From Candidatus Pacearchaeota archaeon (GTDB taxonomy: Archaea; Nanobdellota; Nanobdellia; Pacearchaeales; GW2011-AR1), in contig JBNLBP010000001.1 of the NCBI GenBank assembly GCA_050302495.1, positions 127,269-191,268 of the forward strand: 64,000 nucleotides of DNA, written 5' to 3'. The notes under the pieces are model-generated. The model saw nothing but the letters and a program-made list of their open reading frames with translations, was not told the DNA's origin and made no database searches. Positions 53,844 through 63,421 of the stretch are shown in pieces (the first letter of the stretch is position 1; every line of letters begins with the position of its first letter). The translations under genes were made by a program, and so were the position numbers.

Positions 53844-54413
53844 TTATTCTATTTTCCTGTAGTGGATTTTTTCCTCAGGTTTTTCGTATATATGAATTTC
53901 TTCTGGTGAGAACCAGTAATTAATTTCTTTTTGAGCTTCATCTGGATTATCTGTTGCATGGATTATTGTTATGTTTGGTCTATTTGATCTATTTGCTAAT
54001 TCAAAAGTATCATGTGAATAATCTCCTCTTATTGTTCCGGGGGGAGCTTGATCTATATTTGTTGGTCCAGTTAATCTTTTTACCGTATGTACTGCGTTGT
54101 GGCCCTCAAGAACTATTGCAACTATTGGAGATGTTTGCATATCTTTTATTAAACTTTCAACTATTCCTTGCCCAACTTCTATTGGATTAGATTCTTTGGG
54201 TAAAGATAATTTTTTCTTATAGCGCTCTCCTCGTTCTATTAGCCATTTTTCATCTTTGTAATAATGTTTTTGCAGAATTTCTTTTGGAGCCTTTATCATT
54301 TTCATTGCAGAAATCTTCATACCGACTCTTTCAAATCTTTGAATTATTTCACCTGTTATGCCTCTTAATATTGCGTCTGGTTTTATCAAGACAAGTGTTC
54401 TCTGATTTGTCAT
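53844..54413 (-). CDS. ndk: nucleoside diphosphate kinase (with an insertion)
   Basis: N-terminal RTLVLIKPDAILRGITGEIIQRFERVGMKI. Active-site-region GTIRGDY and a catalytic His context. Confidence 0.72.
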   Translation of the reverse strand: MTNQRTLVLIKPDAILRGITGEIIQRFERVGMKISAMKMIKAPKEILQKHYYKDEKWLIERGERYKKKLSLPKESNPIEVGQGIVESLIKDMQTSPIVAIVLEGHNAVHTVKRLTGPTNIDQAPPGTIRGDYSHDTFELANRSNRPNITIIHATDNPDEAQKEINYWFSPEEIHIYEKPEEKIHYRKIE

Positions 54414-54463
54414 AGATCTTCTTTTATAATATATTTTAAATAGTTTTGTTTATTTTTTGAATT

Positions 54464-55069
54464 ATGGAAGATTTGGAAAGTGTAGAGGAGGAATGTAAAA
54501 AAGCAGACTTGCCTTTGAAAGAGGGTGCTACGAATTTAGTTTTTGGAAAAGGAGATTCTCATGCGGATATTTTGTTTGTTGGAGAAGCTCCAGGAAATAA
54601 TGAAGATTTGCAAGGGAAACCTTTTGTAGGTGCTGCGGGAAAGAATCTTGATAAACTTTTGAACAATGTTGGTTTGAGTTTAGAAGATATTTATGTTGCA
54701 AATATTTTGAAATACCGTCCTCCTCAAAATAGAGATCCTATCCCTTCAGAAATCGAAGCCCATACGCCTTGGCTAATAGAGCAAATCAAACATATCAAAC
54801 CAAAGGTTATTTGTTCGCTTGGAAATTATGCTACTAAATTTTTCCTTGCTGATGGAAAAGTTGATTTGATGAAAAATCAACCCGGGATAACCTCTGTTCA
54901 TGGAAAAGTGAGAATGATTGATTTTTGTGGATTGAAAATAAAACTTATTCCACTATTTCATCCCGCTGCTATAATCTATAAGAGGGCTTTGTTGCCTTTA
55001 TGGGAACAAGATATGGAAATTGTTAAGAAAGAGGTTAAGGAAAATCTTGAACAGAAGAAATTGTTTTGA
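54464..55069 (+). CDS. udg: uracil-DNA glycosylase, family 4/5-like
   Basis: The GEAPG motif in FVGEAPGNNEDLQGKPFVGAAGKNL. C-terminal HPAA-like motif FHPAAII. Confidence 0.72.
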   Translation: MEDLESVEEECKKADLPLKEGATNLVFGKGDSHADILFVGEAPGNNEDLQGKPFVGAAGKNLDKLLNNVGLSLEDIYVANILKYRPPQNRDPIPSEIEAHTPWLIEQIKHIKPKVICSLGNYATKFFLADGKVDLMKNQPGITSVHGKVRMIDFCGLKIKLIPLFHPAAIIYKRALLPLWEQDMEIVKKEVKENLEQKKLF

Positions 55070-55405
55070 TCATTGAACTACTGGTTTGTCCAAAGGTTTG
55101 AATCCATTTTCTATTAATATTTTTTCTATTTCTGATCTTTCTTTCAAGTTTTTCCCTTGTTTTTCTACATTTGCTATTGCCACAAAAGGATCTTCATTAT
55201 CTATTCTTTCATAATTTATTTCTACTTTTGAGATAAAACTTTTTTCTTTCATTAAATAGGTTAGAGGATTTTTGCTAAGAACTATTGAAATACTTTCCAA
55301 ATACCCTGCCAGGTGATCATATTTTTTGTCTATTCTTTCTGAATCTTTTTGGAATTTGTATGTTTTTGTGTAGGTTACTTCTTCTTTCATGGGTTTTTTG
55401 AGCAC
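55070..55405 (-). CDS. hypothetical protein (111 aa)
   Basis: Track ORF. No motif. Confidence 0.3.
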   Translation of the reverse strand: MLKKPMKEEVTYTKTYKFQKDSERIDKKYDHLAGYLESISIVLSKNPLTYLMKEKSFISKVEINYERIDNEDPFVAIANVEKQGKNLKERSEIEKILIENGFKPLDKPVVQ

Positions 55406-55449
55406 GATTTGATTTATATTATTAATTGCAATTAGAAATATACTTTTGA

Positions 55450-55593
55450 TTATTTTCTTTTGAAGAATTTGGCATTGCTTTTTGGAGCATCACGAACTTT
55501 TAGAAATTTATAATGAGCCTCTTTAACCTTTCGATCTTTTTTTAGAGTATATTCTTTTTTTCCTTCAGAATCCACAAAATATTTTAATTTCAT
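55450..55593 (-). CDS. candidate Cys-less Nop10-like H/ACA RNP protein (47 aa), unlisted short ORF
   Basis: MKLKYFVDSEGKKEYTLKK...EAHYKF resembles the eukaryote-type Nop10 N-terminus (M.L.Y..D..GK..YTLKK....AHPARF). It lies downstream of aIF2alpha, where nop10 is often found in archaea. Confidence 0.35.
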   Translation of the reverse strand: MKLKYFVDSEGKKEYTLKKDRKVKEAHYKFLKVRDAPKSNAKFFKRK

Positions 55594-55596
55594 CTT

Positions 55597-55992
55597 TTAC
55601 TCTAGATTAATTATATATTCTTTTAATCTGGTTGGGAATTTTTGGTTTAATTTTTCTTCTACTTCAGATGGTTTTATCCAAATTAACTCTTCAATGTTTG
55701 CTCCTGGTTTTTCTGAACCTTCTGTTGCTTCACATAAGAAATATAGCTCTAAGATTTCTTCTTTATTTTTTATCTTGTTTCTTGCATATACTGCTCCAAG
55801 ATTGTGTATTTTATACCCTGTTTTTTCTTTTGCAATCTTCTTTAATTCTATGTCTAATTCGGAATTGTATTTCAAATTTCCCTCAAGGAAGCTAAATTCT
55901 TCCTCTTTGTCGCCTTTTCCTACTAAGATTCTTCTTTTTTCTGGATCGAATAGAATTCCTATAATTTTTACGATAAATTTTTCTTGTTCCAT
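55597..55992 (-). CDS. hypothetical protein, possibly degenerate Nudix fold
   Basis: The GNLKYNSELDIELKKIAKEKTG region weakly resembles a Nudix box. Confidence 0.3.
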   Translation of the reverse strand: MEQEKFIVKIIGILFDPEKRRILVGKGDKEEEFSFLEGNLKYNSELDIELKKIAKEKTGYKIHNLGAVYARNKIKNKEEILELYFLCEATEGSEKPGANIEELIWIKPSEVEEKLNQKFPTRLKEYIINLE

Positions 55993-55999
55993 TTTTCCT

Positions 56000-56722
56000 T
56001 TATTTTTCTTTGATTGTTATGTTTAAATTTCTTTCTCTAGCTGAAGATTCTATTTTTTCAAGATATTTCTTCATTTCTTGATTTGCTTTTTTAAAATCAT
56101 CTGAGACCATTTTTAGGGAATATTTTCCTGCTGAAATGTATCTTACTTCTACATTTTTGCTTGCCTGAAACATATCTTTTATTAATTCAAGACCTTCTGG
56201 ATCTATTGTATTTACTTCAATTGTTCTTTTTATTTCGATTTGTTTATCCTTTGTTTCTTTTATAATCTCTAATATCTTTTTTGCATCTTCTTTTCCTGCT
56301 ATTTTCTCTAGATTTTTTGGGCTTTCTTTTGCTTCATTGATGAAATTATATAGCGAATCTTCTTCTTTTATTTTCTGGATTATTTTATCTGAATTTTCTC
56401 TAAGGATACTTTTTATTATACTTTGGTAGCTTTTCTCTAACTTAAATTGTTCCATTATTTCTTTGGTCTCTTTTGGGGTTACTCTTCTTAGAGAAAGTTC
56501 TATTCTGTTTCCAGATATTTTTATTACTTTACAAACTATTTTCTTCTTTGGGACGACATATTCTCTTAAGTTTCTTATCCTTCCGGGAGCAATTTCACTT
56601 GTTATTATTGTTCCTTCAGTATTTCCTTTTAAAGAATCAATTTTTACAAATACTGTTGTTCCAATAATCCTATCGACTGTACATAAAAGTATGTCTCCTT
56701 GTTCTATTTGTCCTATTTCCAT
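56000..56722 (-). CDS. translation initiation factor 2 alpha subunit (aIF2alpha)
   Basis: N-terminal S1-like domain (GDILLCTVDRIIGTTVFVKID...GTIITSEIAP...KIVCKVIKISGNRIELSLRRV), then helical and alpha-beta domains. Confidence 0.78.
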   Translation of the reverse strand: MEIGQIEQGDILLCTVDRIIGTTVFVKIDSLKGNTEGTIITSEIAPGRIRNLREYVVPKKKIVCKVIKISGNRIELSLRRVTPKETKEIMEQFKLEKSYQSIIKSILRENSDKIIQKIKEEDSLYNFINEAKESPKNLEKIAGKEDAKKILEIIKETKDKQIEIKRTIEVNTIDPEGLELIKDMFQASKNVEVRYISAGKYSLKMVSDDFKKANQEMKKYLEKIESSARERNLNITIKEK

Positions 56723-56773
56723 TAAATATCCATAAAAATAAGGGTTTTAAAGGTTATTATCCTTCTTTTTTTC

Positions 56774-57010
56774 ATGGGTCGGAAATTTTGTAAGACTCTT
56801 GTTAAGATTGTTGAGAAAAAGGGCAAAGTTCCCTGTCTTCATAGTGGTTGTAAGGGTTATATTCGTAAGGGAGAAGAAGATTTTGTTCCTTATTCGGGTG
56901 AGGGAGGAGAGTCCCACATTTATTACCAATGTACAAAGGTGAATAAACATAAATGGCTGGAGGTTAAGGATAGCTTTTATGAGAACAATCCTGTTTTCTT
57001 TGAACTTTAG
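56774..57010 (+). CDS. small Cys-containing hypothetical protein (possible zinc finger)
   Basis: 78 aa with C6, C21, C26 and C53. Weak evidence. Confidence 0.25.
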   Translation: MGRKFCKTLVKIVEKKGKVPCLHSGCKGYIRKGEEDFVPYSGEGGESHIYYQCTKVNKHKWLEVKDSFYENNPVFFEL

Positions 57011-58344
57011 ATTTTTACATATTCCATTTCAAAACTCTTTTGCAATAATTCTATAAATTTTTCTTCTTTGTTTTTATCTATAAGGCAACCTGCTGCAAAT
57101 TCGTGGCCTCCTACCTCGCCCCCAATTTCTGATACTATTTTACTTAATATTTCTCGAATATTTCTTCCTTCTTTTCCTACATTCCTTGAGGATACTTTTA
57201 TTTGATCTTCCGAATGGGCCATAGTTGTTATTATTGTTCCTTTTTCATAGACTTGGGAATTTGATAATATGCTTGCAATTGTTCCCGCCATGGAATCTTT
57301 TATGTTGTCCCTTGCATTTATTATCACAAAACCCTTCCCCTGGATTCTTTCTGTTTCTTGAGCAAATTTTAATCCAGATATTAGTAATTGTTTGTATTTG
57401 ATATGTATTGCTTCTGCTTGTTTTTTTGCTAATGGGAGTTCCATGATCATTTTTATTGCTACTTCTGGAGATCCAGATCTAGAACAAGCATTAACGACCG
57501 CACTTAGATCCCTTGCATCTTCTAGCTTGTTAAACATTTTAATTAGAAATAAATCTCCAATTAATTCATTACTTTTTATCTTGGGGTTTCTTAAAAGAAT
57601 TGCGGTTGTTAATTTTTCCATTTCTTCTTCACTGAGATCTATGATGCACTTATATTTCCCATTTTCAGGGGATAATCCAGATTCTCTTAATAGTTCTAAA
57701 ACCCCCTTAATATTTCCAGTTACTTCTGGAATATATGGTGAAGAAGAATATTCTAAAACTCTATTTAATGGTCTTGTTGAGGGATAAATTAATATTCCTC
57801 TTTTTCTTACTATATCTCCTTCTTCTAATATTCCTTTGTTTAATGTATCTATTTCTTTTTCTAGATTATCTCCGATCATGCCTAGTATTGCCAATTTTGC
57901 GTACTCTTTGTTTTTGGGGTCCATTTCCTTGCAAAACAAATAGGTTAGTCCTGATGAACTTATTTTTTGTTTTGACTTGTTTTGTGGATTAATCATTGTT
58001 ACGTTTGAAGGTATTTCTGAGGGTATTTCGTGATGGTCCACAATAAAGACTGTTTCAAAATCAGCTTCTCTTATTGTATCAAGACTTCCTGATGCTAGGT
58101 CTAGAAAGATTGTTGGTTTTTTGTTGTTTAATTCTTTTATGAATTCTTTTGTTAGATTTTTGACAATTTTTAAAGAAAATCTTGAATCTCTTCTTTTTAG
58201 TGCTTGAATCATTATTGCGGCGGAAGTTATCCCATCTGTATCAAAATGACTTATCACTTGGATTTCTTTTTCTTTTGGGATTTCTAAGAATTTTTTTACA
58301 CTTGGTTTTATTTCATTTAGTATGAATTCATCTACCTCTTTCAT
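57007..58344 (-). CDS. DHH-family RecJ/GAN-like phosphoesterase (archaeal Cdc45/RecJ homolog)
   Basis: DHH motifs VISHFDTDGITSAAIM and IVDHHEIP. DHHA1-like C-terminus GGHEFAAG. Next to rps15, as in many archaea. Confidence 0.78.
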   Translation of the reverse strand: MKEVDEFILNEIKPSVKKFLEIPKEKEIQVISHFDTDGITSAAIMIQALKRRDSRFSLKIVKNLTKEFIKELNNKKPTIFLDLASGSLDTIREADFETVFIVDHHEIPSEIPSNVTMINPQNKSKQKISSSGLTYLFCKEMDPKNKEYAKLAILGMIGDNLEKEIDTLNKGILEEGDIVRKRGILIYPSTRPLNRVLEYSSSPYIPEVTGNIKGVLELLRESGLSPENGKYKCIIDLSEEEMEKLTTAILLRNPKIKSNELIGDLFLIKMFNKLEDARDLSAVVNACSRSGSPEVAIKMIMELPLAKKQAEAIHIKYKQLLISGLKFAQETERIQGKGFVIINARDNIKDSMAGTIASILSNSQVYEKGTIITTMAHSEDQIKVSSRNVGKEGRNIREILSKIVSEIGGEVGGHEFAAGCLIDKNKEEKFIELLQKSFEMEYVKI

Positions 58345-58361
58345 TTTGTTTTAAAAAAAGT

Positions 58362-58781
58362 TTACTTAAGCGGGAGCTTTAGGTATTTCTTTGTTTTTCT
58401 AAGCTGAGAGAATACTCTGTCTTTTTCTCTCTTTGCTCTTTTATCTTGTTTGTTCTTCTTATAATGATTTCCTATTCTTTCTAGCTTGGATTCTATGTTT
58501 TTTATATCCGGATTTGTATACATTCCTTCTTCCTTTAATATCTGAGAGATCTTTTTTGAGTATTCTTTTGAATGAATGTTCTCTTTTCTTAATATTTCTC
58601 CAATTTTCTCAGAAGTTATTCCTTTTTTTGCTAATTCTAGAACTTTCTTTTCAAAATCTGCTTCCGATAACTTTTTGGTTTCTTTTGGCTTCTTTTTTGA
58701 AACCTTTTTTTCTTCGGGAGTTTCCTCTGAAGACGATTTTGTTTCTTCAGTTTCTGCTTCTGTTTTCTTTGTTTTTGGCAT
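58362..58781 (-). CDS. rps15: 30S ribosomal protein S15 (uS15/S13e) with K/E-rich N-terminal extension
   Basis: C-terminal LERIGNHYKKNKQDKRAKREKDRVFSQLRKTKKYL follows the uS15 pattern. Confidence 0.7.
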   Translation of the reverse strand: MPKTKKTEAETEETKSSSEETPEEKKVSKKKPKETKKLSEADFEKKVLELAKKGITSEKIGEILRKENIHSKEYSKKISQILKEEGMYTNPDIKNIESKLERIGNHYKKNKQDKRAKREKDRVFSQLRKTKKYLKLPLK

Positions 58782-58878
58782 CCAGATAGTTCGTAATGTG
58801 GTTTTTTAAAGGTTGCTGTCTGCCTTTTCTAAGTTTTCTTTTGAAAAGATATTTAAACTATCTTTATTTTGTTTTACC

Positions 58879-59592
58879 ATGAAAAAGAGGAAGAATAATT
58901 TTTCAAATAAACTACACTATACTCTAGCTATAATTTTGGCAATCCTTATCTTTGGTGTAGGGGTTTATGCAATACAAACCTCTCCTCCTGGTTCCGATCC
59001 AAGCCCAGGACATACTCTTGCAACAATTGCTCCTCCTTCTGGTTGCTCTGATGGTCAATTTTTACAATATGATTTTGGCTCAGGAGGACATACTTGGGTT
59101 TGTGCCAATCCTCCTAGTGGAGGTACCAATTATTGGACTGATTCTGGTGCTTTTGTAGAGCCTACATCTGGAGACAAGGTTGGTGCTACACAGTATTGTG
59201 ATGAAAGTGGGGTTAATTGTTTTGAGGCAAGTGCAGTTAGTGGTTATTTGCAATGCCCTCCAGAGTTAGTTCCAGTTAGAGAATCTTCTCCAGGAAATGA
59301 TGAGTTTGCTAGAAATAGGGGTTGTATTTATGGCGTAGGTGGTGATGGCACCCCTTATGTTCGTTTATCTACACCTGAAATTTGTGATGGTACTGACTGT
59401 GAAAGCATAAAGAGCGGATATGCGGATGATTTTTGTGAAGCTTATGGTTTGAATGATTATAATACTGGGACTTTAAATCCAGGATCTGTGGCTAATACTG
59501 GCTATTATTATTCTACCTCAGGTGCTATCCATCAGTGGGCTACAGTAGCTAATCTTCAGAGTACTTATTCCTATATTTACTGTTCCAAATAA
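58879..59592 (+). CDS. secreted/cell-surface protein with N-terminal TM/signal and Cys-containing ectodomain
   Basis: MKKRKNNFSNKLHYTLAIILAILIFGVGVYA, then a G/S/P-rich sequence with 10 Cys. Confidence 0.45.
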   Translation: MKKRKNNFSNKLHYTLAIILAILIFGVGVYAIQTSPPGSDPSPGHTLATIAPPSGCSDGQFLQYDFGSGGHTWVCANPPSGGTNYWTDSGAFVEPTSGDKVGATQYCDESGVNCFEASAVSGYLQCPPELVPVRESSPGNDEFARNRGCIYGVGGDGTPYVRLSTPEICDGTDCESIKSGYADDFCEAYGLNDYNTGTLNPGSVANTGYYYSTSGAIHQWATVANLQSTYSYIYCSK

Positions 59593-59633
59593 TTGAACAA
59601 CAAACTTATAAATAATTATTTCTTTTATCGTTG

Positions 59634-60428
59634 ATGTGTAAAGTAATCGGGGTGGTTTCATTAAAAGGAGGCGTTGGTAAAACCTCTTCTGTTGTTAATA
59701 TGGGTTATGCTCTTTCAAAATTAGGAAAGAAGGTTCTTCTTGTTGATGGCAATTTGAGTGCTCCCAATCTCGGTTTGCATCTTAATTTGGTTGATCCTGA
59801 GAATGGTTTGCATGAAGTTTTACAGAGAAAGTCTAACCCTTCTGATGCTATTATTAAACTGGATGATTTTGATGTTATTGTTTCAAAGCTTATGGGTGAT
59901 GAAGAATTGGAATATCTTTCATTAAAGAAAAGGCTGGGTCATATAAAGAATAATTATGATGTGGTTCTTATTGACTCCTCTCCTAAATTGGATGAAGAGA
60001 CCCTTGCTGTTATGCTCGCTTCAGATGAAATTTTGGTTGTTACAACTCCTGATTTGCCTACTCTTGGAACTACAATTAAAGCAATTCAACTTGCAAAAAA
60101 AAGAGGCACTCCAATAGGAGGATTGGTTTTAAATCGAGTTTATAACAAAGACTTTGAGATTTCGTTGAAAGATGTTGAAGAAACTTTGGGGATTCCAGTA
60201 TTGGCCGTGATTCCTCATGATATTGGTTTTTTGAAATCTCTTTCAAACTTTGAATCTTTTGTGAAGGACAAACCTAAATCTGAAGCAAGTGAAGAATATA
60301 TGAAACTTGCAGGATCTCTTGTTGGAGAGAAATATAAACCTCTTAAGATGAAATCTTTTTTTAGGTGGGTTAATCCACGTAAACAAGATGTAAATCGAGC
60401 TATTTATTATAGGAGTTTGTTTGATTGA
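59634..60428 (+). CDS. MinD/ParA-family P-loop ATPase
   Basis: Deviant Walker A KGGVGKTS. Walker B VVLIDSSP. ATG at 59634 (track start is TTG at 59631). Confidence 0.75.
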   Translation: MCKVIGVVSLKGGVGKTSSVVNMGYALSKLGKKVLLVDGNLSAPNLGLHLNLVDPENGLHEVLQRKSNPSDAIIKLDDFDVIVSKLMGDEELEYLSLKKRLGHIKNNYDVVLIDSSPKLDEETLAVMLASDEILVVTTPDLPTLGTTIKAIQLAKKRGTPIGGLVLNRVYNKDFEISLKDVEETLGIPVLAVIPHDIGFLKSLSNFESFVKDKPKSEASEEYMKLAGSLVGEKYKPLKMKSFFRWVNPRKQDVNRAIYYRSLFD

Positions 60429-60474
60429 TCCTCTCAAAAACCTTTTAAATTGCTGAATATCTGATTATTATATT

Positions 60475-60547
60475 AGCCCCGTAGTACAGTGGTCAAGTAT
60501 GCGGCCCTTTGGAGGCCGTGACCCCGGTTCGAATCCGGGCGGGGCTA
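60475..60547 (+). tRNA. tRNA-Gln (anticodon TTG)
   Basis: Hand-folded. Acceptor AGCCCCG/CGGGGCT. D-arm GTAC/GTAT. Anticodon stem CGGCC/GGCCG with loop CTTTGGA. T-arm CCCGG-TTCGAAT-CCGGG. Discriminator A. Confidence 0.85.
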
Positions 60548-60548
60548 T

Positions 60549-61172
60549 TTAGTTCCTATACCTTCCTCTACGTTCTACTGCTGTTAGTCTTTCTAATATC
60601 TTTTTTGATTCTGTTTGGCCAAGAATTCTTTCATAAGATTTTATTACTTCTCCAAAAAGTATCTTCCAATTATTGAAATGTTTTGCCTCAAGGGCTTGCT
60701 TTAATAAATGAAGATCAACCGCTTTTGCTTCGGTTTTTGTTGAAATGAATCCCAACCCAAAATCAATAAAATGGACTTTGTCATTAAGAAATATCATGTT
60801 TGAAGTTGTTAGATCTCCATGGACTATGTGGTTTTGATGTAAAATGGCTATGTTTTTTCCTATTTTCTTCATAATTTTTTTCTGTTCTTTTATTTCAAAA
60901 TCATCAAGACTTCTTGAAAGTTTTTCCCCCTCCAGATACTGCATTTGTATCTCAGAATCATTTTTGTTTTCAATTGGTTGAGGAGAAGGAATTATTTTAT
61001 TTGCCTTTATAAGTATTTTTCTTTCTGATTTTGTTCTTCTCTTTCTTATGGCGTCATCTATTTCTGGAATTCTATAACCTTTTGGAATTCTTTCTTTTAT
61101 GATTAAATTGTTTGTTTTATCTAGAAATATTTTTGCTTCTGCTCCTTGTTGAATTAATTCTAGATTTTTCAT
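60549..61172 (-). CDS. bud32: Bud32/Kae1-associated serine/threonine kinase (KEOPS subunit)
   Basis: Small RIO-like kinase. Catalytic loop HQNHIVHGDLTTSNMIF. DFG-like IDFGLG. Confidence 0.8.
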   Translation of the reverse strand: MKNLELIQQGAEAKIFLDKTNNLIIKERIPKGYRIPEIDDAIRKRRTKSERKILIKANKIIPSPQPIENKNDSEIQMQYLEGEKLSRSLDDFEIKEQKKIMKKIGKNIAILHQNHIVHGDLTTSNMIFLNDKVHFIDFGLGFISTKTEAKAVDLHLLKQALEAKHFNNWKILFGEVIKSYERILGQTESKKILERLTAVERRGRYRN

Positions 61173-61181
61173 TTTGTAAAA

Positions 61182-61607
61182 TTATTTCTTTGCTTTTTCT
61201 TCAATGAATATTATTGCTAGGGATATTAAAACACCGATGTCTACAACCATACAATATTTACATATGGCATCTAATACAAAAAATTGTAGATAAAGGAAAT
61301 AGATTGCAAAGGCACTTCCAATAATTATTCCTAGTTGTATTAATCTTTTTCTTAAATAACTTGATCTTTTTAATTCAAATATTGTGAGTATTGCTAAGAT
61401 GGGGAATGCAATTAACCCGAGATGAGAATTCTTTATTCCAAAAGTTGATTCATATTGAGAGGTCTGAACTATTGAACAATCACTTAAGACCTCTTCGGGT
61501 TTAACTCCGCAAGCTTGTTCTAGAGATACAAAGGAGAGAATTAATGATGCAATTGTTGCAAGAATCATTAAAACAAGAATTATTGAATATTTTGTTTTAT
61601 TTTTCAT
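61182..61607 (-). CDS. VKOR-family (vitamin K epoxide reductase-like) thiol-disulfide oxidoreductase membrane protein
   Basis: 4-5 TM protein. Loop Cys pair (C..C in LEQACGVKPEEVLSDCS). CxxC in the last TM (CKYC). Confidence 0.6.
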   Translation of the reverse strand: MKNKTKYSIILVLMILATIASLILSFVSLEQACGVKPEEVLSDCSIVQTSQYESTFGIKNSHLGLIAFPILAILTIFELKRSSYLRKRLIQLGIIIGSAFAIYFLYLQFFVLDAICKYCMVVDIGVLISLAIIFIEEKAKK

Positions 61608-61653
61608 AAAGAGTTATGGGTAAAATATTTTAAAAGCGTTTGGGTGAAGCAGG

Positions 61654-63039
61654 TTACCTAAATTTCATCATCTTTTTCTTTCCGAATTTCTTCATTAATT
61701 TTTGCATAGATTTCATGTCCATTCCTTTGCTTGGGTCGAAATTGGCTTGTTCTTTTATCATTGATTGAAGCATATCATATTGTTTTAGAAGTGAACGGAT
61801 ATCCGAATTGTTTACTCCGGCTCCTTTTGCAATACGGTTTATTCTTGAAGTTTGTTTCTTTAATAATTCAGGATTTTCTTTTTCATCTTGTGTCATGGAT
61901 TTTATGATATGTTCCCATTTCTTTATTTTTGATTCTTGGGTGGATAGAGCATTATCAGGGATTTTTGCTTTTCCTAAACCAGGTATCATCGATTTAATTT
62001 TATCAAATCCTCCTAATTCTCCCATTGATTTTACTTGATCAATAACGTCTTCTAGAGTTAGTTTTCCTTCTTCCAAATTTTTTAGAGTTTTTTCTTTCTT
62101 TTTTGAATCTGTAACCGAATTAATTTTTTCGATTAGACTTTGTAGATCTCCCATACCAAGAAGTCTTGAAAGGAAAGATTCTGGATCAAATTCCTCCAGG
62201 TCATTTATTTTTTCACCATTTGTTATGAAATATACTGGAGCTTCAGTTTCGTAACAAGCAGTTAAAGCCCCTCCTGCTTTTGCGGTAGAATCCATTCTTG
62301 TTATAATTACTCCAGAAATATCCAATGCGGATTTGAAATGTTCTGCTTGAGGTTTTGCTGCTTGCCCTATGTCTGCTGGCATAACTAAAATTGTTTCAGT
62401 AGGTTTTATTTTCTTGTTTAGAGATTTTATTTCTTGAACAAGCTCTTCATCTAAATTGTGTCTTCCTGCTGTATCAATTAAAACTAAATCATAATCTCTT
62501 AATTTTCCAGATTTTTCTAGTGAAGTCCAAAGTTTTTCTGCGTTAGTTTCTTTTAAGTCTGTGTAAACGTTAATATTGTGTTGTTTTCCTAATTGCATTA
62601 GTTGTTCTTTTGCAGCAGGTCTATGGACATCTAATCCTACTAGGAGAACTTTTTTTCCACGCTTTGCAAAGTAATTACCTAATTTAGCAATTGTTGTTGT
62701 TTTTCCTGCAGCATATAATCCTACAAGCATAATCCTGTTTTGTGTTTTTTTATCTGTTGAGAGTTCTAGTTTTTTTGAATGTCCAAGTATTGTTTTTAGT
62801 TCATCATGTAGTACTTTTATTAGGTGTTCTTTTTTGTCTATATCTTTTATTCTTTCATCGTATGCTGCTTTACGTATTTTGTCAGATAGTTGCTTTACAA
62901 GAAGTATATTTACATCTGCTTCAATTAGGGCTCTTTGAAGATCTTTTACAATTCCATCAACTAAATTTTTATCGAGAAATATGGCATTAGCTATCTTATC
63001 TGTAGTTTTTCTCAGTATATTTCCTAATTTTTCTAACAT
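61654..63039 (-). CDS. srp54: signal recognition particle protein SRP54
   Basis: N and G domains (GLYAAGKTTT, DTAGR, TRMD-type motifs). M-rich C-terminal M domain. Confidence 0.9.
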   Translation of the reverse strand: MLEKLGNILRKTTDKIANAIFLDKNLVDGIVKDLQRALIEADVNILLVKQLSDKIRKAAYDERIKDIDKKEHLIKVLHDELKTILGHSKKLELSTDKKTQNRIMLVGLYAAGKTTTIAKLGNYFAKRGKKVLLVGLDVHRPAAKEQLMQLGKQHNINVYTDLKETNAEKLWTSLEKSGKLRDYDLVLIDTAGRHNLDEELVQEIKSLNKKIKPTETILVMPADIGQAAKPQAEHFKSALDISGVIITRMDSTAKAGGALTACYETEAPVYFITNGEKINDLEEFDPESFLSRLLGMGDLQSLIEKINSVTDSKKKEKTLKNLEEGKLTLEDVIDQVKSMGELGGFDKIKSMIPGLGKAKIPDNALSTQESKIKKWEHIIKSMTQDEKENPELLKKQTSRINRIAKGAGVNNSDIRSLLKQYDMLQSMIKEQANFDPSKGMDMKSMQKLMKKFGKKKMMKFR

Positions 63040-63170
63040 TTTAAGCTGATTTTAGAAGTCTTTGAGGAGTTATTAAGTTTTTGGGTTTTAAAATTCTTGG
63101 TTGAGATAGTTGTTTATCCCAAAAGGTTCTCTGAGAAGGAGTTCAACTATTTGAAATCGGGGGATTATAA

Positions 63171-63311
63171 TTATTTCTTTTTTGGTTTATCCCAGTAAGG
63201 GCTTTTGCATTTTGGGCAGACTGTTGGCTTATTTTTTATGTTGTGAGGGACCCATTCATGATTGCATCTTTCACACTTAAATCCTTTTTTTGTTACGTCT
63301 ATTATTCCCAT
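63171..63311 (-). CDS. small zinc-ribbon protein (46 aa), unlisted short ORF
   Basis: MGIIDVTKKGFKCERCNHEWVPHNIKNKPTVCPKCKSPYWDKPKKK. CxxC...CxxC plus a basic tail. Confidence 0.35.
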   Translation of the reverse strand: MGIIDVTKKGFKCERCNHEWVPHNIKNKPTVCPKCKSPYWDKPKKK

Positions 63312-63421
63312 AAGTGATATATCTCTTTATAGTATATAAATATTTGGTATATTATTTTATAATCGGAATATTTAAATAGTTTAATTACTTTTATGATATA
63401 TTATTTAATAGGTATATAAAA

